This document shows positions 13,801 to 23,368 of a stretch of 64,000 nucleotides of DNA, piece after piece. Made by a program: the position numbers and the translations under genes. Below the pieces are notes generated by a model. It was given only the letters and a program-made list of their open reading frames with translations. It was not told where the DNA came from and did no database searches. Each line of letters begins with the position of its first letter. Within the stretch, counting starts at the first letter, position 1. Source of the DNA: Sminthopsis crassicaudata (taxonomy: Eukaryota); contig NC_133620.1 in assembly GCF_048593235.1 (NCBI RefSeq), positions 452,567,261 to 452,631,260 of the forward strand. Direction: 5' to 3'.

Positions 13801-15000
13801 TGAGACCAGTGTGGATTAAAACGGGATTAGACACCGCCCAAAGTTTGAAAACCAGGGAGCACGGACTAGATCGCCTGCTTTCCCGCCGCGGGCGCGCGGG
13901 CACAACTCGGCCCAGACTTTCCCTAAGGCCCGACACCTGTTTGAGACTTGGTGCGTTTCCCCGGCAGCCCAGCTAGGGACGGGGGCGGGGCGGGGGAGCC
14001 AATCCGCCCCCACCGCCGCCTCCGCTGCCGTCCGGGCCGCTCCGGCGCCTTTTGCCCGGGGTACCCACCTGCTGAGAGTGATTTTCTGGTGCAGCAGGAA
14101 AGCCCTTTCGTAGAGCCAGGGGAGCCCGTCCTCAAACCACTCCCGGCAGCGGAGCACGGGCGAGATGCAGGCTGCTCCCGTGGCGTAGCTGGAGGACCCG
14201 CACTCCCCCAGGTAGGACAGCAGCAAGGCCGAGCCCGAGCCTTCGCTGACCAGGAACAGGGGCGCCGCGGGCTGTCTGAAGCGGATGTAGGTGACGGCCT
14301 CCTTGAGATCCGAGGGGTCCCCGAACGTCTGCAGCTGGGTGTTGAGCAGCGGGCAGCCCTGGTGGCCCCTTCGGTGGAAGATGACCGGGTAGTAGCCCTT
14401 CTCCAGGGCCAGGAGGCAGAGCTGCACCACGTTGCGGGTGAGGAGCCCCCACGAGTTGGGGATGACCAGCAGGACCGGCGGGGAGCTGTGGGCCTTCGTC
14501 ACCATCTGGGGGTTGGGGGTCCAAGGCCCCACCACCCAGTCCAGGGCCACCAGCCCGTTGTCGGCCAGCTGAAGGTTCTCGCGGGCCAGCTGGAGCCCGC
14601 GGCCTGGCGGGAGCACGAAACGGTACAGGGTCTGGAGGTGCGGCCCGGACAGCCACGAGCCGCGCGCAGGCTCGCGCAGGGCCACGGACCTGCGGAAGGT
14701 GCGCAGCAGAAGGTGGGCCAGCGCCGAGCGCTTGAAGATGAGGCGGCAGCCCCCGGCCACCAGCTCCTGGCCCTTACTGAAGCCGTCCCAAAAGGCGGCC
14801 CTGTCCCCCTCTTGCTCCTCATTCTCTTCCTCTTCTTCCTCGTCGTCCTCTTCTTCCTCCACCACCTGTCCCTTGGTGCCCTCCTGTCTCCTGGGCGCCG
14901 GCTCCTTGCCGGAACCGTCAGGGAATCGCCCCCGCCATCGGGCCAGCAGGCAGAGCAGGCTCAGGACAAGCAGGGCGAGGGCGGGGCCCCAGGCTGGCAT
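10294..15000 (-). CDS. ABHD15: ABHD15, alpha/beta hydrolase domain-containing protein 15; join(14069..15000,10294..10822), 1461 nt, 486 aa
   Basis: Starts MPAWGPALALLVL; contains GPHLQTL, GYYPVIFHRRGH, FGDPSDLKEAVTYIRFR, RSLREFEEALFC, DVDEAAVPVLCICSADDP, HGGHCGF; ends FSWKRSYTK*. Phase-2 GT-AG intron and the frame closes. Confidence 0.97.
10917..11237 (-). mobile_element. L1 3'-end fragment (3' UTR plus A-tail) in the ABHD15 intron, sense to ABHD15
   Basis: Plus-strand T11 at 10919-10929, then tttatt and the pyrimidine-rich ccctccttccctccacc tract typical of a reversed marsupial L1 3' UTR. Confidence 0.75.
11243..11436. mobile_element. Non-autonomous hAT/Charlie-like DNA transposon (MITE) relic
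   Basis: Left end cagaggttcttaacc and degenerate right end agggtaagtccccttg resemble caggggttcttaacc-type TIRs. No clean TSD is visible. Confidence 0.5.
12919..12976. repeat. A-rich (AAAC-like) simple repeat
   Basis: aaaaaaaacacaaaaaaacaaacaaaaaacaaaataaaacaaacaaacaaaaaa. Confidence 0.85.
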
Positions 15001-15760
15001 GGCGCGTGCGGAGCGGGCTCCGGGTCCGAGGGGGAGGGAGCGGGCTGCCGCGCGGAGCCAGACGGGCCGTGGCCGCGAGCGTCCGCCCCCTCGGAAATCT
15101 GCGAGCTCGGCGCCGGGCCGCGGCGGACCGCGGAGCCCGAGAGCCCTCCCGCGTAGGGGGCCCTGGCTCCCTATTGGCCCGGCCTCAGAGCCGCAGCCAG
15201 TTCGGGGCCGCCCGCCCCCACCCCGCCCCCCCGCCCGTCCTTTGTACAGTGATTGCGGCTGGCGGGAGTGTGGGCCGAGGGGGCGCCCGGAGCTGGGCGG
15301 GGCGCGGTCTCGCCTGCCTGCCGGAAGGGGCCATGGGTAGGAAGGTGGTGCCAACTGGGCGGCGTAGGGAGGGCGTGCGGCCCTGCTCGTGCCTGCTCTG
15401 AGGGATCCCAGATAGACTCCGGGGAGCTGCGGGAACTCCCCCGCTTCTCCCAGGGCACCTTCCCGTTATCCCACGTATGTTGGACTGCCTCGGTGCAGGC
15501 CCAGCCGTGAGGGTGGAGGAGGGGACCCAGAAAAGTTCGAGGGCAGCGTCCGAGGGCCCGGCCTCCCTCCTACCCACTGGAAAAGTGAGGGAGCAGGGCT
15601 GGGGGCGGCCGGGCTGCGGCTGGCTGGCCTCCACGCCGTCCCTCAGTCCGAGCCACTGCAGGAGCTGCCTCCCCTCCCTCCCTTCCCTGTCGTCCTCTCC
15701 GGACCCAGGCTCTCTGCCTGGTCTTGGACCTCGGGCTTTGGGCTCGGCAGCCACGGTCCA
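13900..15760. promoter_or_regulatory. CpG island over ABHD15 exon 1 and promoter
   Basis: Dense CpG; minus-strand CCAAT box (plus ATTGG 15173-15177) and GC boxes upstream of the ATG. Confidence 0.85.
14069..15000 (-). CDS. ABHD15: ABHD15 exon 1 (coding part)
   Basis: ATG at 15000-14998; donor CTC AGC AG|gtgggt. Confidence 0.96.
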
Positions 15761-16207
15761 CAGGGCAAGTGGGAGCTAGAGAGCTTAGGGGCCGGGAGAG
15801 GCTACTGTCTCAAAGCTGGGACGAGAGGAGTGCTTGAGGGCTGAATGGAAGAGAGGACAGCAAGATTCAAAAGCCAAAGTCGTCAAAGACGGATCGGGGA
15901 TTGTTAGGGTGAGAGCGGGTCTCCACAGTCCTTAGAGAGACCTTGACCTCAAAAAGAAAGCTCCTATAAAGACTTCGGGGAGAGAGGACCCAATGAAGGC
16001 CCTGACGGCAGAAAAAGCACCGAACACGGAAAAATTCTCACACTACGAGCCTCGGAAAGGGAGCTGCCATTGTCAGACCTTGTGGGGAGATCCCCAAAAT
16101 GCCGGGCCCTAACTGAACTCTCAGAGGCCTCTGTGGAGAGAGTACCCAAAACGATCCTGGCCCCAGAGAGCTCTCACAGACAGACTCTTGTAAAGAGAGT
16201 CCTCCAC

Positions 16208-16353
16208 GGGGAGCGAGGTGGCGCAGTGGACAGAGCACCAGCCTTGACGTCAGGAGGACCCGAGTTCAAATGTGGTCTCAGACTTCTCAGACTTCCTAGC
16301 TGTGTGACCCTGGGCAAGTCACTTAACCTTAATTGCCTCAGGGAAAAAAAAAG
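16208..16353 (+). mobile_element. Relatively young marsupial CORE-SINE (WSINE1/Mar1-like)
   Basis: tRNA-like head with A box (ggtggcgcagtgg) and B box (gagttcaaat), ctagctgtgtgaccctgggcaagtcacttaacc body, aattgcctcagggA10 tail. Confidence 0.9.
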
Positions 16354-18431
16354 CCCTTCACAGAAAGTGGGACCAGACAGAGACGTGTAAAGAGAATTCC
16401 TGATAAAGCTTTGGGATGCCCTGTAGAGAACGAAGTCCTCTTTGGGCAGGAGGTCTCCCTAGGTCGGGGGTCTAAGAATTGCTAACCAAGGTGGAGGGGG
16501 CAAGGCAACCTCCTGTGTTGGGGGAGGGCAGGGTCTCTTGGCTTGAAAGAATTGTATTGCCTTCCCTTGGATCACCGCCATGAATCCTTCCTTAGATTTT
16601 AATAGAGCTTGTTGGCCGAAGCAGGGACCAAGGGAAAGGGAGCGTAGGCAGGCCAGAGGGCAAGCTCCCCTATTTAGGGGCCAATCTTGCTGGCTGCCTG
16701 CTCCATATCACTAGGACAAAGTCCAGCTCCCTCCATCCCTAGCAAACATCCGTATCCACAGTAATGGTGTAGAGTGTGTGGGGAGATCGGCTGGCAAAGG
16801 GGATGGGAGGGAAATATGAGATACTGGGCCTTCTCTAGCCCCCTCCCCCAGGCTGTGGATCGGTGCTCTGGACGAGGGATTCCCACGGGGTGGAGAGGCA
16901 ACTTCCACTGCAGCCAGGAATTTACAAGAGGGTGGCTCCTCTGGGCACGACCCCTAATAGGACCAGCCCGGTCCAGAGCCCGGTGATTGGCTCCTCCCTG
17001 CTCTTCATCTTTCCCCTCCACACCCCTGCCCTCACACACTTTGTCCCAGCCGATTTTGCAATCCGGGTGGGGGAGTTCGAGACCAGTGGTTTGGGGATTG
17101 GATCCCGGACGTTGGGGGGAGGGGGACCTTGTGGGACCGGAGCTTGGGGGAGCTGCAGCAACAGTACCAAGAATTGTGTAAGAGCCGTAGCTTTTCACAC
17201 TTTAACGCTGCACTGTTGGAGACGCTGGAGCCTCGCGTGGCATCTCGTTTTGTGGCTGACGGCGCTTGAACACGTAGTGTTTGAAACGCTGTAACCACAG
17301 GAGCCAGCGTTTTCCAGCACTTTAAGGTTCTGGAGGCGCTTGACCGGAATTACCTGATTTTGTTCCCACAACCCCCTGCGGAGGATTTGGTGCTTTTATA
17401 ATTCTCATTTATTCTGAGGAAACTGAGGCAGACGAAGGAGAAGTGGCCTGCCTCACGTCTCACAGTGGGTGCTGAGCCCTTTGGGGGCCGTGAGGAGCCT
17501 CCCTGCCTTCACCCGGACGAAGTAACGAGGATGACATTTATAAAGCGCTTCGAGGCGTACAAAGCGCTACATTTGTGTGTTTCACCCGGGGCTGGGCGAG
17601 GCTGCGATCATGGATCCCCATCTTATGGGAAAGGAAACAGGCTGAGGGAGCAGCATAGGTTGGCCCGGACTCCGGCGAGGCTCTCTTTCCCAGGAGGTTC
17701 CTAGAGATTCCGGCAAAAACCTTTCTTTTGCCTGCGGGGCAAAATCTAAACGCTTCCACTCCTCCCAACCCCTCCCAGCGCGCACAGCCAACTGTCCCCG
17801 CCCCCCCCCCCAGCCACTAGAGACTGCGCGTGCGCAAATCCCTCTCCTACCCTCCCACCTGGCATTGCATCCCACAGCTTCAACGCAAGCGCCATTTTTC
17901 TCTCCTTATGCTCCTCTCCTCATGCTCCTCTCCCCTCCCCAGCAACTCGGCGGGTCTCGCCCAGTTCCCCTCAACGTGACCCCGCCGAGCTGGCGTCACG
18001 GCTCGCGGCCGGCCAGATATTTTGTAGCTGCTCACCGCTCCTCCCTCCGCCCTCACGCACACGCACACGCACACGCTCATTTCTCCCCTTCCACCGCAAA
18101 ATCCAGCGTGAGGAGCGTATGAAGGGGGCGGTGCCTGAGGGCGTGATCTGGGGCCCAGACTCACCTGAGGCGGGGCCAAATCGGGGGGCGGGGCCAGGAG
18201 CGAAGAATCTCAGTCCGCCACCTTCGTTAACCGCGCAGCCCGAGAGCAGGGCGGGGCCCTTTGGGGGTGCTCCGGAGGAGGAGCACCGTAGGGGGCGGGG
18301 CGATAGGCGGGCAGTTTGTCCATTGAACGGGCGGGGCGCGAGGCAGGGGCGGAGCCAGGAAGTGGGGCGGGGCCAGAGGCCGGGCCAGCGGGGCCAGCTC
18401 CCCGCTGAGGTAGTCCTGGACTTTGGCGGGG

Positions 18432-18542
18432 ATGGGGGCGCCCCTCTGGCTGCAGCCGCTGTTGCCGCCGCCGCCGCCGCTGCTGTTGCTTCTGCTGCTG
18501 CTGCCGGCGCTGCTCTGCGGGGCCGCGCGCGGTCTCAGGGCG
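18432..18542 (+). CDS. TP53I13: TP53I13 exon 1 (signal peptide with poly-Pro and poly-Leu)
   Basis: gggATGggg start; donor GCG|gtaagt. Confidence 0.9.
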
Positions 18543-21500
18543 GTAAGTCTGCCCTGTGCCCCGATTCGGGCACTGCCACCCCCTCCTCTGAGATCTCCAA
18601 GTGTCCCCGCCTCGGTGCAGAGGCTGGGCAGGAGGACCCAGGAAAGCGTTCCGAGGCCCCGCCTCCGCATCGTCAACCTTTGACTTGGGCTCTGCCAACC
18701 TGGAGCCCCATTTCCGAGAGTGGGGAAACTGAGTCCGGAGGGCACCTTCCGGTGAAGCTTGGGACCCCGCGCCCCGGGCAGACTGGGAGGAGGAACACCA
18801 GAGAGGGGAGCGTGGGGGGGAGGGATTCCTTCCAGACGGATCGCCCCAATTCTCTGCCTCTGGGTTTGCAGGTCCCGGCTGAGCTGGCCCAGGACAGGGT
18901 GCGGTGCCCGGGAGAGCTGTGGCCTCTGCCCCAAGAGGTAGGACCCTCCCTTGCATAGGTGTATGTAGGGCCCAAGGTGAAGGCGTCCACCCCCATTCTG
19001 AGGGCTGGAGAGGCAGCTGAGCCCAAAGCCTCCGGTCTCTGGCCCGGTTCCCCGTTCTGCGGTGACGCCCCCTTCCGGCTCTTTCTGAGAACTCCAGGAG
19101 ACCCTGCTGTCCTTCAGGGACTGATTTCTCCAGAGCCAACTCTGACCGAGGCACCCGTTACAAAGCTCCTTAAGGAGCGTTTCCTGGAATGCCTTTCCCT
19201 GCCCCTTCCCATCTCTCCCCTGGCCAAAAGTTAAACCCTCCTCCCCAAACACCCAGAGTGCTCCCGAGTCCCAAACTTCCTCCTCCTCTTCTCACAGGTG
19301 TCTCCGAGAATAACCAAGACTTGGACGGGCCCAGGGCAGGTAGGGGCCGAGCCGCCACCCACAGCATGGTGGTGACGGGCAAGGCCGATGCTGCTTCTTT
19401 CATCCTGTGTCACTAACTCTATTACCCATAACCCTGGGGTTCGGACCCTCTGCTCGGCCGAACTAATCCACCCCGTGCCCTGCCACCCGTATGGGGCACC
19501 GGCATGGTGAGTGAGTGCTTCCTGACTGCCTGGCCCGGAGCCGGGGGCGGGGCCTCGTGAGCTGGACAGACCTGGAACCGAGTCAGCCACTCCCGGGTTC
19601 TCGTCCCTGTCCTGCCTCCCCCTGCCCCGGACAAGCCTCTGCCTGGCATATTGATGAGAGAATGTGTGGGAAAGTTCTTTAAAAAGAGCCCTATTCATTT
19701 CTGAGAATGGATCTCTATGGAAGTCACTCAGCATCTCGGAAACCTTTTTTCCAGTGTAAGCCCACGGTTAACCCTGTTACCTTTCCGGGCCTTCCCCTTC
19801 GTTTGTACCACTGCTGGCCGAGAGGTCCCTGGCGCTTCAGAACCGCTATTACAGCACTCCCCCGGGGAACTCTACCTTTCCCCCTTCTAAGGCTGATGCC
19901 TGGGAGAATCTTCCCCCAACCTTTCATCCTATCATTCCTCTTCTCAGAAATTCCTGATTTCCTGTGGCGGCTTTGCTTGGCCCGGCATGGTTCGCTCCCT
20001 GGCGACCCATCCAGTCTAGCCAGACCGGGCTCATTTTTTTCATGCTCCGCTGCCTCCTGATATTTGTCATTCTTGACTCTCTCCCCTCTGCATCTATCCA
20101 AATCCTCTCTCCCTCAATGAATGAAGTTAGTACATGCTGTGTACTCGTGGGGAGACGGCACATAAAAGAGGGCTGATCTGGAGAGGGATCCCAAGAGCTC
20201 TGTAGGACGGGGCAGTTAGAAAGCCTGCTTCTCCTCCGTCCCCTTCACCCCAAACTGCTCTTTGAACCCTAGCAACAAAGGAGAAGTTCACACACTTTCT
20301 CTCTTCCACCTCTGCTTGTCTTTAACTTTGTGTCTTCACTAGAGCCTTCTTTCTTCCAGAGGCAGTGTTTATTACAGCTTTTCTCCTCCATAGTAAGTTA
20401 TTGAGTAACTTAGAATTTATTGAGGTGTTTAAGTCAACACCATGGGGTGGGCAGCCTTATGTCTTGCTGAGCCTTCTGTTTGAATATTGCTGGAACTTTT
20501 GAATAAATAGAAGACAGGCTTGGGCTTCCGCTGAGCTGATCACTTTGGTCCTTAATTTGCACAACTAAATAATTTAAAGCTCAGGCAAATCAGCCTGGGC
20601 CTTATGTCTGAGCAGGTCTGACCTTCCCCGGGTTAATGCAATGACCTCTTAATGGACCTCTCCGTCTCCCCTACCCCCTTCAGTCTCTCCTTCCTACAGG
20701 GGCCAAACATCTTCCTAAGTACACCTGAGTGCACCTCTCAGAGGCACCTCAGTGTGGTCCCTTCACATTCCTCCAGAATAAAGTCTAAACTTAGGTTGAC
20801 ATTGAAGACCCCATATGAGCTGATGCCTCCCTATTTTCCCCTCTTTCTCCTTTTTCTTCTCCACATGTTCTATATTTCAGTCAGTGGAATTTGCCTCTGT
20901 CCTCTGCAGACATCGTGAGCTTTCTTTCTTCCTAGATTTCCATCCCCCTCGCCCTCCATCTGTAATGCTTCTCCCTCCATTCCCCCATTGAAATCCTGCC
21001 CATCTAACAAAGTGCACCTTGAGGGCCATGGCCTTTACAAATCCTTCTTGCATCCTCATCCAAGTGCTCTTCTGTGCACATTACATATGTGAATGTCGTG
21101 CCCATGCTCTTTCTCCTGTTTCCTGAATGCTGTGGACCAGATCTCCTCTACCTTTTATCTCCCCCTAAAAACAAAGCCTGGCACAATTTTGTTCATGGTA
21201 GCATCTTTCAAGTATTGAATGAAAACATGAATGAATGTCCGTGGGGAGCTTAAAATCCAGAGAGAGCCACAGCAATCTAATCAGTGAAGACATTTTATTT
21301 GGAACAATACCAAGGACAGAAAGGGTAAAAGAGTGGTCTGAGTTTGGTGGATTGGAGAAAATGGAGTTCTGAAGGAGGGGGAGCGAGTCCCAGAAAGAAA
21401 GGGTGAGTAGAAAGGGAAGGCTCCATCAGGCAGAAGTGAAAGAGCTGCCGGGAGAGTGGGGAGGCAGGACAACTGGCTGGGCCCTGGAGGAAATAGCTCC

Positions 21501-23173
21501 CACTATCAGAATATCGGTGAACGTCGGAGAAATGACCTTCCCCATGCTTCCATGGCTCATAAAGGAGGGACAGAAAGCCCTGGGTCTGGGTGCCCAGGCT
21601 TGAGCCTGAGCTAGAGCCCTTCCCTCAGGGCAGAAACATTACTTTCCTGTACCACCCCTGTGTCCACCCCTGGCTGAAACTCCAGTTTGCCCTTCTGGCC
21701 TGCGTCTGTGTACCCCGGCCCATATTGATCCCTCATCTGGGCCTCACTCAGCAACGGGTGAGTAGCTTGGGACTCGGCAGGGGAGGGGGGAGGTCTGGAT
21801 GTTGGTGGAAAGGGGTGTCTCTGGTTGTGAACAGGAGATTCTCAGAGAAACCCTTCTCTTGGGAGTGCAGGTAAAGTGGGCGCTAAAATGCCCCGCCCAC
21901 GCCTGTGCTGGCGGTGTCTCTTACAGCCTCTTGTACTGGTTGCGTGGGGGACATCGCTTGAGATGGCCCGAGTAGAGCCAGCCTGGGCAGCCCACTGGCT
22001 GAAGAAGAGGAGGAGAAGGGGGAAACGGAGAGCCTGGCCCCTCCCTTCCAGTGCCCCCTGGGTTCAGTGGGCAGAGCTCACCCTAGGCAAGAATCGCCTG
22101 TGCCCAAGAGGGAGTGCGCAGGTGAGGCCCGTGGTGGGAGCCTCCACCCGCCGTCTGGGGCGGATCTTAGACCGAGGGAACAGGGAGGTGACTTCTGTTC
22201 CTTGTGGCTCTCTCACAGGCCCTGGCTACAGCCTTTGCCCTGCGGAGCTGGCGCCCCCCTGGGGAACGGATTAAGTCCTGGGGTCCAGAGTACATTCTCG
22301 GAGCCAAGAGGAGGGGACTTCGAGCCGCCCTCGGTTCCCTGCCTGCAGCCCCTGCTACCAGGGCCCCTCCGCACTCGGCAGGGCTCCGCAGGCCTGTCAC
22401 ACACAGCCCCCGGAAGGCCGGGGATAGTCCCATGATGGCCAGTCCTCAGAGAGGGGGAGAGAACAATGACTCCCGAGCAGACCACGGAAGCCCCGGGGGT
22501 TGCGTTTGCCCGGGGCAGCCCTCTCCGGCCCCCCGGGCAGCCCCTTCCCGGCCGGCCCGGGCTCCCACCCCGCGCACAGAGGAGGCTGCGTGGGCAGCCA
22601 CGGCTTTGACTTTCCTGCTGGTGCTTCTCACGCTGGCCACGCTCTGCACACGGCTGCACCGAAACTTCCGTCGAGGGGAGAGTATCTATTGGGGGCCGCC
22701 GGCGGACAGCCAGGACACCGTGGCAGGTGAGGGCCCCTGCCTCGGTCCCCTTCCCCACACTCAGAGGGCCCGAGGTCACCTATTCCCCGAGCTTTTTCTT
22801 CCCCGAAGGCCCTAGGCCGTCCCCCACCTTTAGAGCTCTTCCCCAAGCGTCCTTCTCCAACCCTTGCTAGTTCTCCATCCCCTACCCTTGGCCGCCCCTC
22901 CACCCCTAGTTCTCCCCGCCCTGTTCCTCCCCAGCCACCGGTGGCCCCTCCCCCGGCCCCTTGGAGCCCCCTCCCCTGACCCCGATCGCCCTCTTTCACC
23001 CACCCGCTGCCTGCCTCCCCCCAGCCGTGCTGAAGCGGAGACTGCAGGCCGCCGGCCCCCGAAGACCCAAGCGCTCCCGTCGGAGACCCCTCCTCCCGCC
23101 GGGCCCCGACCCGGAAGGAGGCGGCCTGGGCCCGGACTTCGGGAGCGGTGACAGTGACTGCTCCTCGGCCTGA
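18432..23173 (+). CDS. TP53I13: TP53I13, p53-inducible protein 13; join(18432..18542,18872..18937,19298..19339,21629..21757,21927..22121,22219..22726,23025..23173), 1200 nt, 399 aa
   Basis: Signal peptide; contains [41 protein letters not shown] segment [40 protein letters not shown] and tail [11 protein letters not shown]. All introns are GT-AG and the frame closes. Confidence 0.95.
18872..18937 (+). CDS. TP53I13: TP53I13 exon 2
   Basis: ttgcag|[22 protein letters not shown]|gtagga. Confidence 0.92.
19298..19339 (+). CDS. TP53I13: TP53I13 exon 3
   Basis: ctcacag|[14 protein letters not shown]|gtaggg. Confidence 0.9.
21629..21757 (+). CDS. TP53I13: TP53I13 exon 4
   Basis: ccctcag|[11 protein letters not shown]...LTQQR|gtgagt. 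Confidence 0.95.
21927..22121 (+). CDS. TP53I13: TP53I13 exon 5
   Basis: ttacag|PLVLVAWG...RGSAQ|gtgagg. Confidence 0.95.
22219..22726 (+). CDS. TP53I13: TP53I13 exon 6 (includes transmembrane helix)
   Basis: ctcacag|[15 protein letters not shown]...DSQDTVA-G|gtgagg. Confidence 0.95.
23025..23173 (+). CDS. TP53I13: TP53I13 exon 7 (coding part)
   Basis: cccccag|CC GTG CTG AAG CGG (AVLKRRL...DCSSA*). Confidence 0.93.
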
Positions 23174-23362
23174 AGGCTGGCGGGCTCCGCCGAGGAGGAG
23201 GAAGGCAGGGCAGGGCAGGGCAGGGGAGGGGCCGGCCCCAAGCCTGGCTCCTCCCCGCCTGGGGTCACCCTGCCACGTGGACGGCGCCCGGCTGGAGCCT
23301 CTGCTGGACAGTCGGGACGGTGCAGGCTCCTCCCCGGGCGGGGCCCGCTCCCTGAACTTTTA

Positions 23363-23368
23363 ATTAAA
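23363..23368 (+). terminator. Probable TP53I13 polyadenylation signal ATTAAA
   Basis: The only AT-rich patch about 190 nt after the stop codon in otherwise GC-rich sequence. Confidence 0.65.

Larger units (their letters stand above)
17750..19100. promoter_or_regulatory. TP53I13 CpG-island promoter, divergent from ABHD15
   Basis: NRF1-like TGCGCGTGCGCA at 17825-17836, YY1-like GCGCCATTTT at 17889-17898, and several GGGGCGGGG boxes at 18170-18375. Confidence 0.75.

Noticed and set aside
13948-15156. 402-aa plus-strand ORF
   Set aside because: Antisense shadow of GC-rich ABHD15 exon 1; no recognisable domain.
15001-15354. 118-codon in-frame extension upstream of the ABHD15 ATG (ORF 13816..15354)
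   Set aside because: Starts at TTG, runs through the CCAAT/GC-box promoter, and the signal-like N-terminus begins at ATG 15000. The 3' part of the ORF reads past the splice donor.
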